Assembly (NCBI GenBank): GCA_036567985.1
Contig: DATCTK010000089.1
Coordinates: 29,375 to 93,374 of the forward strand
Reading direction: 5' to 3'
Length of the DNA: 64,000 nt
DNA from: Gammaproteobacteria bacterium
Lineage (GTDB): Bacteria; Pseudomonadota; Gammaproteobacteria; SZUA-229
In this document: positions 19,838-30,202 of the stretch, in pieces
How positions within the stretch are numbered: the first letter of the stretch is position 1
How the letters are laid out: the number at the start of each line of letters is the position of its first letter
Made by a program: the position numbers and the translations under genes
The notes under the pieces: generated by a model
What the model saw: the letters and a program-made list of their open reading frames with translations, nothing else
The model's database searches: none
Told to the model about the DNA's origin: nothing

Positions 19838-22199
19838 ACAAAAGCTAAATAGTAAACACTTTAAAAGCATTCGCGAAATAGAGACGCGGCTCGCAGAACT
19901 TGAAGACGAGAAGAAACAACTTTTAGACCTTAGAAAGCAACTGCAAGAACCCTCGGCAATTGCACCCGAATCGAGTTCATATTCACCGGAACAAAAGATA
20001 GCCATATTCAGAAGCCTGTTTCGCGGACGCACCGACATTTTTGCTAGTCGCTGGGTAAATAAACAAGGTCGTAGTGGTTACTCTGTCGCCTGCAATAATG
20101 AGTGGATACAGGGAATCTGCCACAAGCCCCGCGTTAAATGTCAGGATTGTAATCATCGACAATTCACGGAACTTACGGATCAGACAATTTACCGACACTT
20201 AGCTGGGCATCAGGTAGTTGGACTCTACCCATTAATGCACGACAACACATGCTTCTTGCTTGCTACAGATTTTGATAAGGGGCAGTGGCAGGAAGAAGTA
20301 AAAGCAATGTCAACAGCCTGCCTGGCCTTTGAAATACCACATACAATTGAGATTTCACGCTCAGGCAATGGTGCTCACCTTTGGATATTTTTCAAAGAAA
20401 AAGTACCTGCCAAAGAGGCCAGACTACTGGGTTTCGGTCTGCTCGACAAAACCATGGAAATCTATCCAAACCTGTCTTTTGAGTCCTATGATCGCCTATT
20501 CCCAAATCAGGATATTTTGCCCGAAGGTGGGTTTGGCAATTTAATCGCACTGCCTCTCCAACGAGAAGCGAGACTTGCAGGCAATAGCACTTTCGTTGAT
20601 AGCAACCTCAATGTCATTAAAGATCAGTGGCAGCACCTTTCTCAAATTGAACCTCTATCTCATAAAAACCTGAGCAAACTGCTCACCCAGGTTTCACCAA
20701 CCTCAGAACTTTTCGATGAACAAAAAGTTATCGAGATAAGGCCACCCTGGGAAATAACCGCCAGGGAAAAACCGCTCGAACTGAACAACCTTCCTGAAAA
20801 AGTCACAATAACACTCGCAAATCATATTTATTTTGATTTAAGCGAAATCCCGAGCACCTTGGCAGTAAGATTACGACGTCTCGCCAGCTTTTCCAACCCC
20901 GTTTTCTTTAAAACCCAGGCACTGCGTTTTTCAACACATGGTATTCCACGATTTATTTCCTGTGCTCGAATAGAGCAAGGCTACCTGTCAGTACCTCGAG
21001 GTTGCTTAGATGATGCGCTTAAGCTATTGAGCGAAAATCAGATAGAAGTCCTATTAGACGACAAGCGAGAGTTCGGAGCCAAACTCAAAAACATTAAATC
21101 GCAAGTTAAACTCAGAAAGAACCAACAAGCCGCTGTGAAAGCCATGAGCAAACACGACTCAGGTATCCTTCACGCCCCTACAGCGTTTGGAAAAACTGTC
21201 ACAGCCATTGGCATGATTACCAGGCGAAAAACCAATACATTGATTCTGGTTCACAGTAGACAATTGCTTGATCAATGGAAAGAGCGATTAAAAACATTTC
21301 TTCCAGGCATCGACATCGGAGTCATTGGTGGAGGCAAGAAAAAGCCAACTGGTATAATCGACATAGCTACTTATCAAAGCCTCATCAATTAAAATGAAAA
21401 CTCAGTATCCGGACTTGTGCAAGACTATGGTCATGTAATCGTTGATGAGTGCCACCACGTTTCAGCTCCTCGCTTTGAAATGGTATTGAACGAAGTCAGG
21501 GCCAGATACGTACTTGGCCTGACCGCAACACCGGAAAGGCAGGATGGACACCAGAAAATTATATTTATGGCGACTGGCCCCATTCGGTACAAAGTAAAAA
21601 ACACCCAAAAAGAAAATTTCGAACAACAGGTCATTGTTCATCAACTTTATGATATACCTCCAGGACGGTTAGTCCACTCAGATGAACGTCCAAAAATATC
21701 AGATGCTTATCAATGGATCATGGAGAGTGATGCACGCACAGGTCGAATTATTGACGATGTCCTCGTTTGTGTTCAGCAATCCAGACATCCCATAGTGCTG
21801 ACTGAACGCAGAGAACATGCCGAAACGATTAACACAATTCTACTGGAGAAAGGTATAGACTCAGTCGTCCTTAAAGGTGCTATGCGTGCTGGTGAACGAA
21901 AAGCTGTTGAGGATAAATTACCTACTGCTCAAGTTGTGGTTGCTACGGGTAAGTATGTAGGCGAGGGATTTGATCTACCAAGGTTAGACACCTTGTTCCT
22001 GGCCATGCCCATTGCCTGGAAAGGATCATTAGCGCAATATGCAGGCCGTATACACCGGGAATCTGATGGCAAAGAATGCGTGACCATACATGATTATGTT
22101 GACTGCTCGTTACCCATACTGCAGCGCATGTTCAACAAGCGTGAGAAAATCTATAAAGCGATGGGTTACCAGATTGATTTCAATGAACAGGCATCCTGA
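19830..22199 (+). pseudogene. primase-polymerase (AEP-like) N-terminal domain fused to an SF2 DEAD/DEAH-type helicase. The reading frame is interrupted by one in-frame TAA at 21390-21392.
   Basis: The N-terminal half has a Cys cluster (CNNEW...CHKPRVKCQDCNH), a DxD (LLATDFDKG), SGNGAHLWIFF (AEP motif II-like) and LPLQ. The helicase part has motif I (APTAFGKT), Ia, II (DECHH) and III (TATPER), plus a C-terminal RecA-like domain (QYAGRIHR). The ORFs 19830-21392 and 21417-22199 are in the same frame and are separated only by TAA. The ATG overlaps the higA stop by 8 nt. Confidence 0.7.
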
Positions 22200-22540
22200 A
22201 GCGGCCAAAAGTTAAACGAGCTTCTGCTAACTTGTGATAATTTAGACTCCGAACCTCCTGCGTAAGCATTAGCCTGCACGAGCATTTCAATGCACTAGCT
22301 GGGGCAGAATAGATTGCCTGTAAGCTGAAACCACGACCTTCCCACCACCAATAACAAGCCACCCATTATTTTGACTGACTTTGTTTGGTGACAATGGTGC
22401 AGCTACCCCCCTTAATGCTTCAAAATAATTCTCCTGGTACGAATTGAAACAATTAGCACTTAATATATCACTTGAAACACGAACCATGTAACACGAATCA
22501 ATTAAAATATGCCTGATTTTTGAAAGGCCCTGGCAAACAA

Positions 22541-25258
22541 TTAAGGTGCTGATGACTCCACCAGGTCTTTAATACACCTCAGCACATCGTCCGAAGTAAA
22601 TGGCTTATGTAACAGGTTTTCATACAGCTCATCCTGCGCATACTCGGCCTTGATTGTGTCGCTATAACCACTGACCAGCTGGATTTTAATCTGCGGGAAT
22701 TGCTGTTGCACCTGCCGAGCCAGTTCGTGGCCATCCATTTCCGGCATAATGATGTCACTGAACAGAATATCCACCGGCTGTGTTTCCAGTAATTCAAGCG
22801 CATCCCGGCCATTGGCTGCAGTATGTACCTGGTAGCCGCTTTGCGTAAGAATTTCCGCGGTCATTGCACGCAGTGCTGGTTCGTCATCAACCACCAGGAT
22901 GGATTCGTTTCCACGATAACGATTCTCACCTCCTCGATCCGATGCGATTGCATCAGGATTACCGGCAAGCTGTCGCGGCAGGTACAATGCAATTCGGGTG
23001 CCTTCCCCGGGTGTTGAGTCCACGGTTATAAAACCACCATTGGTTTGCACCAGGCCATACACCTGGCTCAAGCCCAGTCCCGCACCGAAATTGCCTTTGG
23101 AGGTAAAGAACGGATCAAAAATCTTTTCCTGCACGTCCTTGCTCATACCAATGCCGGTATCGGTAAAGCTGATCATCACATATTCACCCGATTCAGCCTG
23201 GGCATATTCACGACTGCCCCTGGACACCGAGACATTTCCTGTTGCAATGGTCAGCTCGCCCCTGTTTTCTATGGCATGCATGGCGTTGATACTGATATTA
23301 ACGATTGCATCTTCCAGGTCCCCTGCATTAATCCACACCGGCCAGAGATCTTCCTGTAACTGGTATTGCAGGTTAATGCGTACGGTGAGTACTTTTTCCA
23401 GCATATCCTGTCGATCAAGTAACAACACATTGATATTCAGGGTTTCGTTTTCAGTTTGCTGTGGCCGTGAGAATGACAGCAGTTTTCGTGTCAGGCTGGC
23501 GCCACGTTCACCGGCATGATGAATTTCATTGATATATTTCTGTAATTTATCATCCTCTGCCAGCGAATCCTGAATCAGCTCGCTGTAACCGAGAATAACC
23601 CCCAGCATATTATTAAAGTCGTGTGCGATGCCACCGGTGAGTTTACCCAGTGCATCCATTTTCTGTGTGCGTCGCAGGGTTTCTTCATGCTGTTTGCGTT
23701 CGGTAATATCAATTGAAATACCGCAAACCGCATAGATATTGCCCGCCTCATCCGTTAACGGGAACCTGGTGCTGGCGTAGGTATGCAGGCCATCTTCCTG
23801 CAGTGCAGTTTCTTCCACTTGCAGCACACTGCCACTTGAGAAAACCGCAAGATCATTTTTACGCGCTTCCTCTGCAACGTCTCGCGCAAACACGTCATAT
23901 AAATTTTTTCCGATGATATCCTCAGGCTGCATATTAAATGAACGCAGAAGCTGCTGGTTAACATAGCTGAAATCCCCCTGACGGTCCTTTACATAAATAA
24001 CGGCCGGTGAGTTATCCATAATCGAGCGCAACAGTCGTTCACTTTGTGCTGCACTCTGTCGTAAACGGTATTTTTCCGTAACATCATTGAATATCAGCAC
24101 CATACCGAGAATTTCATTATCCTGATTACGAATTGGCGCGGCGGAATCCGATATATGATACTGCGCACCATCACGGGAAATCAGTGTGGTGTTATTGCTC
24201 AGAAAAACTGTCCTGCCGGTTTTAATCACCTTATCAATCGGGTTCTCAATTATCTGTTGCGTTTCCGCATTGATAATTTTAAAAATATCGGTAATCGGTT
24301 TACCTGTCGCCTCATGCAGCGGCCAGCCGGTGATTGTTTGCGCTACCGGGTTCATGCGTGTTACCCGCCCGCTGGCATCAGTGGCAATCACCGCGTCACC
24401 GATACTGTCCAGGGTTACCCGCAGGTCTTCTTCCTGCTGCGCCAGTTCGCGATGCTGATCCCGTAGCTGTTCGGTGAGATCGGTCAGGTTACGGTTCTGG
24501 TTCTGTAAACGCGCAGCCATGGTGTCAAAACCGCTTGATATTTTACTGAACTCATCTGCCCCTGGCAGCTGTATACGCGCATCGTAATTACCGTTGGAAA
24601 ATGCATTAATACCCTTAATAATCGACTTGATACGGTTACGCATACTGAAATACAGCAACAGGAAACCCGCCAGCAGAATGCCGAAGTGAATCAATGTGAT
24701 CTGGATAATTTCCTGTTGCTGCCGGTAGTAGAGTTCGCTTAATGTATGCTGCAAATTGTAGCTGGAAAACAGATAGGCATTGACGTAATCACCTTTACCC
24801 GGCGCGTGGGTGACATTATCCAGTGGATAAAGCCCAATAATCATCTCAGCATCATGGTTAATATCTATCGACCCCAGATAACCCGCACCATCCCTCTCGA
24901 CTATCAACTGCTGCACGTCTGGCAAACCATTGACTGACACATCACGGTATTCGATTGAAGATGAATACTGAATCACGCCATGTTCATCGATAATGGCGAT
25001 CAGTTCCATGGTGGGGTCACTGCTGATTCGTGAAACTTCGCGGTGGATGGCATTGAAATCACCACGCAAATTAAAATCATTTACCGTGCCCTGCAATTGC
25101 ACCATGCGTTGCCTTACCCGGCTGAGCTCGGATTTTTTTACGTCCTCGATCTGTTTCTGAAACACCATGGCATAGGTGTAATAGGACACACTGGCACTGG
25201 TTATCAGGGCGATAACCATAAACCAGATAAGTATGGGAAAGCGTGAGAAAAAATTCAT
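22541..25258 (-). CDS. hybrid sensor histidine kinase / response regulator, with a periplasmic sensor domain, HAMP, two PAS domains, HisKA-HATPase and a C-terminal REC
   Basis: 905 aa. Two TM segments bracket a ~150-aa periplasmic region. PAS signatures (DSIGDAVIATDASGRVTRMNPVAQTITGW; DNSPAVIYVKDRQGDFSYVN). H-box HDFNNMLGVILGY. G-boxes. REC (ILVVDDEPA...DIIMPEMDG). Confidence 0.85.
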   Translation of the reverse strand: MNFFSRFPILIWFMVIALITSASVSYYTYAMVFQKQIEDVKKSELSRVRQRMVQLQGTVNDFNLRGDFNAIHREVSRISSDPTMELIAIIDEHGVIQYSSSIEYRDVSVNGLPDVQQLIVERDGAGYLGSIDINHDAEMIIGLYPLDNVTHAPGKGDYVNAYLFSSYNLQHTLSELYYRQQQEIIQITLIHFGILLAGFLLLYFSMRNRIKSIIKGINAFSNGNYDARIQLPGADEFSKISSGFDTMAARLQNQNRNLTDLTEQLRDQHRELAQQEEDLRVTLDSIGDAVIATDASGRVTRMNPVAQTITGWPLHEATGKPITDIFKIINAETQQIIENPIDKVIKTGRTVFLSNNTTLISRDGAQYHISDSAAPIRNQDNEILGMVLIFNDVTEKYRLRQSAAQSERLLRSIMDNSPAVIYVKDRQGDFSYVNQQLLRSFNMQPEDIIGKNLYDVFARDVAEEARKNDLAVFSSGSVLQVEETALQEDGLHTYASTRFPLTDEAGNIYAVCGISIDITERKQHEETLRRTQKMDALGKLTGGIAHDFNNMLGVILGYSELIQDSLAEDDKLQKYINEIHHAGERGASLTRKLLSFSRPQQTENETLNINVLLLDRQDMLEKVLTVRINLQYQLQEDLWPVWINAGDLEDAIVNISINAMHAIENRGELTIATGNVSVSRGSREYAQAESGEYVMISFTDTGIGMSKDVQEKIFDPFFTSKGNFGAGLGLSQVYGLVQTNGGFITVDSTPGEGTRIALYLPRQLAGNPDAIASDRGGENRYRGNESILVVDDEPALRAMTAEILTQSGYQVHTAANGRDALELLETQPVDILFSDIIMPEMDGHELARQVQQQFPQIKIQLVSGYSDTIKAEYAQDELYENLLHKPFTSDDVLRCIKDLVESSAP

Positions 25259-26208
25259 TCAGGTATATAACGACTGGTAAGACGGCCCTGCAATGAAGGT
25301 GTTTTTTTAATCAGCTCGAGTTCATTAAGGATCTCGATCATGCGCTGTTGCTGTTGCAACAACGGACTGTTCTGACTATCGAGCAGGCGGCGGTTGTCAT
25401 CTTTAGTAGAAAACTTCAGCAGTTTGAGACTGGCAATATAGTCCTCCACCGTGGTGTCAAAGCGTTTGAGTGAATAAGCCGCGCTCTTCTGCGGATTTTC
25501 TGCCTGATTGTCCAGCGCCCTGAACCAGGCCTCAACCAGCTGCTTCACCGTATCCGGGTATTGCTCAGAATAACTTCTGCGCACCACCAGCACATCGATA
25601 ATTTCATCAGGGATAAGGGTTGAGTTAAAAATTTCCTGCTTGCCAGATTTCACCAGCTGGGTACGATACGGGTCGAATGATACCGCCGCAACAATCTTGC
25701 CACTGGCAAAACTGCTGGCCTGCTCCATCGCATTGGTGGAAACAATCTGGATATCATCTACCTTCATATCATGCAGTTCGAGTGCACGCTTTAATACAAA
25801 CATGCCCACCGCGCTGCTCTCCACCGCCACCGGTTTGCCTCGAAGGTCTTCAACTCGCTCAATACCCGGGTTGGCCAGAATCACATCACCACCGTATGAC
25901 ATATCCATAATCAGGATAACATCCAGGTCAGTACCCTCGGAGAGCAGTTGCAGGGTTTCATCGAGAGTAAAGGCGGCGGCGTGCAGATTGTGATTTTTAA
26001 ACGCCAGTATGGTATCGGTGTTCGACAGGTAGTCGATAATCTTGATCGGCTGCCCCTGATAGTAGCCCAGCTTATCCGCCAGGTATAAGGGCTCATAACC
26101 GGGCCATAATACGGCGCCCACGCGCAGGGTTTCCTGCGGACGATCCACACAGGCTGAAAGCAGTAATCCAAAGCTGAGTAACACGAAACCAAAACGCTTA
26201 AACATCAT
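25255..26208 (-). CDS. periplasmic substrate-binding lipoprotein (NMT1/SsuA-TauA-like SBP fold). It is co-operonic with the hybrid kinase and probably acts as its sensory partner.
   Basis: 317 aa. Lipoprotein signal (LLSAC). Two-lobe SBP-like pattern. A 4-nt overlap with the downstream kinase gene. Confidence 0.6.
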   Translation of the reverse strand: MMFKRFGFVLLSFGLLLSACVDRPQETLRVGAVLWPGYEPLYLADKLGYYQGQPIKIIDYLSNTDTILAFKNHNLHAAAFTLDETLQLLSEGTDLDVILIMDMSYGGDVILANPGIERVEDLRGKPVAVESSAVGMFVLKRALELHDMKVDDIQIVSTNAMEQASSFASGKIVAAVSFDPYRTQLVKSGKQEIFNSTLIPDEIIDVLVVRRSYSEQYPDTVKQLVEAWFRALDNQAENPQKSAAYSLKRFDTTVEDYIASLKLLKFSTKDDNRRLLDSQNSPLLQQQQRMIEILNELELIKKTPSLQGRLTSRYIPE

Positions 26209-26583
26209 TATTTAATGGGCAATGTCACGTTCATCACCCTCAATCCTGTCCACCACTGGGGCAAATATGCCACACAAACTGTAAGGAAACAATTCGGGTA
26301 GCCTTGTCCACACTGCCACGAGCCGCATTAGCGCCTGGTAATATTTATATTGTAAGGCGTTTATTATTATGTCATTAATAAATAGACTGATCGACAGGAC
26401 TTATCAAGCTAAATCAGGCACTTACAGTATAAAACATCTGGATTAACGTTCTTAAAGGTAAGCACACAATAAAACAGCACGCCTCAGACGCCGTAAGCTA
26501 ATCTCGCAAGCCCGTGCCATAATAAACTGATAACCCGGCATAATTGCAGGAATTCACTCACAGCGGTAGATCAGTCAACAGCC

Positions 26584-27852
26584 ATGTTTCGCATCAGCCT
26601 GTCCATTTTTTCACTGCTCTTCAGCACCGGCATTCTGCTGCTGGGCATCAGCCTGCAGAGCACCCTGCTGGGCTTGCGCGCGGGGCTGGAAAACTATTCC
26701 ATGACGGTTACCGGCATTGTCATGTCATCCTACTTTGTCGGCTTTGCCCTGGGCAGTTATTACAATCCAAATATCATTCGGCGTTTCGGCCATATACGCA
26801 CCTATGCCGCACTTGCTGCCCTCGCTTCAGCCGCGGCAATTGCCCATGCACTCTACACCGAGCCCTGGTTCTGGACACTTCTGCGCATTATCTCCGGCTT
26901 CTGCGTGGTGGGTATGTATATGATTATTGAAAGCTGGCTCAACTCACTGGCCAGCAACGCCATGCGCGGTAAGTTTTTTGGCCTGTATATGATTATTACC
27001 CTGCTTGCGATGGCCATAGGGCAACATCTGCTGCGACTGGGTGAAGTGATCAGCTTCGAACTGTTTGCCATCACCACCATATTGATCACACTTGCACTGG
27101 TGCCGGTGGTATTAACCCGTTTACGCGAACCGGAGATCAGCCAGCCGAAACAGTTCGGCCTGTTGCAGCTGTATACCATCTCGCCACTGGGGGTAGTGGG
27201 CACCCTGTCGGCGGGACTGATTACCGGTTCCTTCTGGGGCATGGGCGCGGTTTATGCGGCGCAGATCGGGCTAGATGCGAACGGTGTTGCCTGGCTGATG
27301 AGCGCGATTATTCTCGGTGGCGCACTTTTGCAATGGCCGCTGGGCCTGCTCTCCGACATGATTGACCGGCGAACGGTAATACAGGTTTGTGCATTCAGCG
27401 GAGTCGGGCTGGCCCTGCTCAACAGTATTATCAGTATCGAGTCCAGCCTGCTGTTTTACACCGTGTCATTTCTGTTCGGGGGATTTGTATTTATTTTTTA
27501 CGGCCTGTGCGCCGCCCATGTGCATGACCAGATAGATGCGGATCACAGCCTTGAAGCGGCGCAGGGTTTATTGCAGCTGTATGGCATAGGCGCGATTATT
27601 GGCCCCTTGCTGACCGCGCTGTCTTTCAACGCCTTCGGTTCACGTGGCATGCTGTTTTTATTTGCGCTGATTATGTTCGGTCTCGGCCTGTTTACCCTGC
27701 TGCGTATGCATCAGGCCAGTGCACCGGCGCCGGAAGAACAGACCAGCTTTGTGCCTTTAGCCAGAACTTCGCCGGTGGCGCTTGAAATGAGCCCGATTAA
27801 TGAAACGAGTGAAACGGATGCGACTGAAGAAGACTCGGCCGATAAAAAATAA
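26584..27852 (+). CDS. MFS transporter
   Basis: 422 aa. 12 predicted TM helices and an MFS motif-A-like region between TM2 and TM3. Confidence 0.75.
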   Translation: MFRISLSIFSLLFSTGILLLGISLQSTLLGLRAGLENYSMTVTGIVMSSYFVGFALGSYYNPNIIRRFGHIRTYAALAALASAAAIAHALYTEPWFWTLLRIISGFCVVGMYMIIESWLNSLASNAMRGKFFGLYMIITLLAMAIGQHLLRLGEVISFELFAITTILITLALVPVVLTRLREPEISQPKQFGLLQLYTISPLGVVGTLSAGLITGSFWGMGAVYAAQIGLDANGVAWLMSAIILGGALLQWPLGLLSDMIDRRTVIQVCAFSGVGLALLNSIISIESSLLFYTVSFLFGGFVFIFYGLCAAHVHDQIDADHSLEAAQGLLQLYGIGAIIGPLLTALSFNAFGSRGMLFLFALIMFGLGLFTLLRMHQASAPAPEEQTSFVPLARTSPVALEMSPINETSETDATEEDSADKK

Positions 27853-28090
27853 GCTGACACAGTTCATTCAGCCGTCTGGCGCGGAGTTATACGGGTATCA
27901 GGTGGATCCGCTACGCTTGATCCACCCTACGGGGATGCTGTTTTTTACATAACAGAATCAAACGAAATAGAACCTGCAATTGTCGTAATTAAAGATAATG
28001 TAATTTGAAAAGTTGTTTCTCGTATGGTGGATCAAGCGAAGCGGATCCACCGTTGCCCCACAATATCGCATTTATTAAAGCGTGGTGACT

Positions 28091-28378
28091 TTATAAAGCC
28101 ACCCGTTCATCCATACACTCATAGGAGCCGGTTTCAAACTCACGGCACACCAGCGGGCGCTGCGAATAAATACTGCACAGCATGGTGTTTCTATCCAGTG
28201 CAGAACACCAGCCGTCTTCACCCCGGCGCATGGTCATGCCGCCCCACTGATCAATCTGGATAAATTGTTCGGGCACGCCGGTATCACTCAGCAGTAATAC
28301 TTCCAGTTTACAGCAGCAGGCTTTGCAGTTACTGCAGCTGATCTGATCTTCTGGTAGAGCTTGAGAGCTGTGTGTCAT
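28091..28378 (-). CDS. YkgJ-family (UPF0153) cysteine-cluster protein
   Basis: Trimmed to ATG at 28376-28378 (MTHSSQALPEDQISCSNCKACCCKLE...), preceded by a GAAGG RBS. CxxCxxCC plus downstream Cys. The longer ORF-track N-terminus is a translation of the heptamer repeat. Confidence 0.6.
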   Translation of the reverse strand: MTHSSQALPEDQISCSNCKACCCKLEVLLLSDTGVPEQFIQIDQWGGMTMRRGEDGWCSALDRNTMLCSIYSQRPLVCREFETGSYECMDERVAL

Positions 28379-28413
28379 AGAACCTTCAAAAATTCCGCGG
28401 TTAAACTTTGTAG

Positions 28414-28483
28414 TCGTTGGTCGCTGGTCTTTCGTCTTTCGTCTTTCGTCTTTCGTCATTCGTCATTCGTCATTCGTCAGACG
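28414..28483. repeat. heptanucleotide tandem array, 10 heptads: TCGTTGG, TCGCTGG, (TCTTTCG)x4, (TCATTCG)x3, TCAGACG
   Basis: Directly visible 7-bp periodicity in the promoter region of the ykgJ-like gene, just beyond the cspA terminator. Confidence 0.85.
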
Positions 28484-28539
28484 ATCGACTAAAGACAAAC
28501 GACTAGCGACTTTCCGCGCGTTTCTCGCGGAATACCCAT

Positions 28540-28570
28540 AAAAAAGGCCAGACAGTGATGTCCGGCCTTT
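28540..28570 (-). terminator. rho-independent terminator of cspA
   Basis: Minus-strand RNA GGCCGGACA-UCAC-UGUCUGGCC forms a 9-bp stem with one G·U pair, then UUUUUU. It lies ~70 bp downstream of the csp stop. Confidence 0.75.
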
Positions 28571-28639
28571 CTGGCAGCTGATTATAAACCCGCTGCCGAT
28601 TTTCCCGGCCAGTTTAGTGGTCGGGCTTTCAAACGGTAA

Positions 28640-28846
28640 TTAAACCGCCTGAATGTTCTCTGCCTGAGGGCCTTTCTGACCCTGGGTTACATTGAACTGT
28701 ACTTTCTGGCCTTCATTCAGTGTTTTGAAACCTGAGCCGGTAATTGCACTGAAATGTGCAAATACATCCGGGCCTGATTCCTGTTCAATAAAACCAAAAC
28801 CTTTTGCTTCGTTAAACCATTTTACGGTGCCATTTGTAATAGACAT
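28640..28846 (-). CDS. cspA: cold-shock protein, CspA family
   Basis: Trimmed to [35 protein letters not shown]... (68 aa) with an AGGA RBS. Classic RNP1 (KGFGFI) and RNP2 (VFAHF) motifs. Confidence 0.92.
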   Translation of the reverse strand: MSITNGTVKWFNEAKGFGFIEQESGPDVFAHFSAITGSGFKTLNEGQKVQFNVTQGQKGPQAENIQAV

Positions 28847-29187
28847 AATGTTATCCTGTTTGATATTTTTAAATGTGCCGGATGAAAAATTCATCGGCAG
28901 CTGTGGCCGGAATGTTGTGCTAGTAGATATGAAAAAACAGGACGAGTTACGTTGATGTGACATCGAAATGGTGTTGCATAAATAGAAGTGTTACTTTCAA
29001 GCTGTGGTCATTGTACACCTGTTTTACAGCAATAGGTGATTTATTATGACTGTTTGCATTTATTTACGTTTATTTGTAAGCAGCCCTGCTACGGTCGGGT
29101 GCTTTCGCAGCAGAACTTTAGTCAGCCAAACACGGCCTAATAAAGATAATTAAGCCATATCACCACCAATACGGACAAATTAGCCCC

Positions 29188-29739
29188 ATGTTTAAACAAA
29201 TCACACAAACCATTAGCCAGCCGCTGGCCTGTATAGCCGGCAGTAGTCTTTACTGGCTGGCCCTGGCGGCGTTCAGCCTGTTAAACCTGATTATTGCACT
29301 GTATTACCAGTATGCACTGAACGAATGGCCCTGCGTGCTGTGTATCCATATTCGCCTGTGGTTCTCTCTGCTGCTGGTACTTGGTATTGTCGGCTTTTTC
29401 CTGCGCCGGCATCCCTGGCCCCGGCTGCTGAGCCACCTGGCCAGCCTGCTGGTGGCGGTGGGTCTGGGGGAGCGCAGCTATATGCTGCTGGGCACGGAAA
29501 AGGGTTTTGTATTTTCAGACTGCGGTTTTGATGCGGGCCTGCCCGGCTGGCTGGCACTGGAAGACTGGCTGCCCTGGCTGTACCGGGTAGAAACCTCCTG
29601 CGGTTACACCCCGGAGCTACTACTGGGTATTACCATGGCAGAGGCATTAATGGTGTTGTCTGTGGGCCTGGTGTTATTGACGCTGGGCATGAGCATAGCG
29701 ACTGCAATGACTCTGCTTAAGCAGAATCCGCATAGATAG
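29188..29739 (+). CDS. dsbB: disulfide bond formation protein B
   Basis: 183 aa. Four TM helices, a CVLC motif in the first periplasmic loop and a second Cys pair (SDCGFDAG...SCG). Confidence 0.75.
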   Translation: MFKQITQTISQPLACIAGSSLYWLALAAFSLLNLIIALYYQYALNEWPCVLCIHIRLWFSLLLVLGIVGFFLRRHPWPRLLSHLASLLVAVGLGERSYMLLGTEKGFVFSDCGFDAGLPGWLALEDWLPWLYRVETSCGYTPELLLGITMAEALMVLSVGLVLLTLGMSIATAMTLLKQNPHR

Positions 29740-29825
29740 GCCATTAACCCAACAATGCGCTTTATACATATGGGCTAAATTCGGTATATTACTGCTTAAC
29801 CTGCATAATTTTTTAAGGATCATAT

Positions 29826-30161
29826 ATGAGTAACGAGATTACAGAAAACCTGAAGCAGCAATCCACCTGGATGCGTGGTTTGTATATGCTGCTGTTCGCC
29901 GTGCTTTACAGCCTGGCAGAGTTTGTACTGATTGCGGTGGTGGTATTGCAGTTCCTGCTGAAACTGTTTACCGGCGAAACCAACCCGCGGCTGCTCAAGC
30001 TGGGACAGAGCCTGGCAAGCTATATTTACCAGATTATCGAGTTCCTCACCTTTAACAGTGACTACCAGCCCTATCCATTCGGTGCATGGCCGAAAAAGCA
30101 GCCCGCATCACTCAAACACAAGCCCCAGGATATTGATGACACCGATAATGCCGGTGTCTGA
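29826..30161 (+). CDS. small membrane protein, possibly DUF4389-like
   Basis: 111 aa with two hydrophobic helices. A weak family guess. Confidence 0.35.
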   Translation: MSNEITENLKQQSTWMRGLYMLLFAVLYSLAEFVLIAVVVLQFLLKLFTGETNPRLLKLGQSLASYIYQIIEFLTFNSDYQPYPFGAWPKKQPASLKHKPQDIDDTDNAGV

Positions 30162-30202
30162 TTCTGGCCGTACACTTTAGACCAGTAAGACGGGATCATT
30201 TT

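Noticed and set aside
21390-21392. Programmed stop-codon readthrough or an alternative genetic code as explanation for the in-frame TAA
   Set aside because: All other genes in the window terminate normally with TAA/TGA/TAG under the standard code. A nonsense mutation or base-call error is far more parsimonious, and is reported as such.
28379-28459. N-terminal extension of the YkgJ-like ORF (MTKDERRKTKDQRPTT...)
   Set aside because: This stretch is a translation of the heptanucleotide tandem repeat. A proper ATG with a GAAGG RBS exists at 28378, so the extension is an ORF-calling artefact.
28847-28963. N-terminal 39-codon extension of the csp ORF
   Set aside because: CspA-family proteins are ~70 aa and start MSxxxGxVKWF. 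The internal ATG at 28846 has an AGGA RBS, and the extension lies in the expected long 5' UTR.
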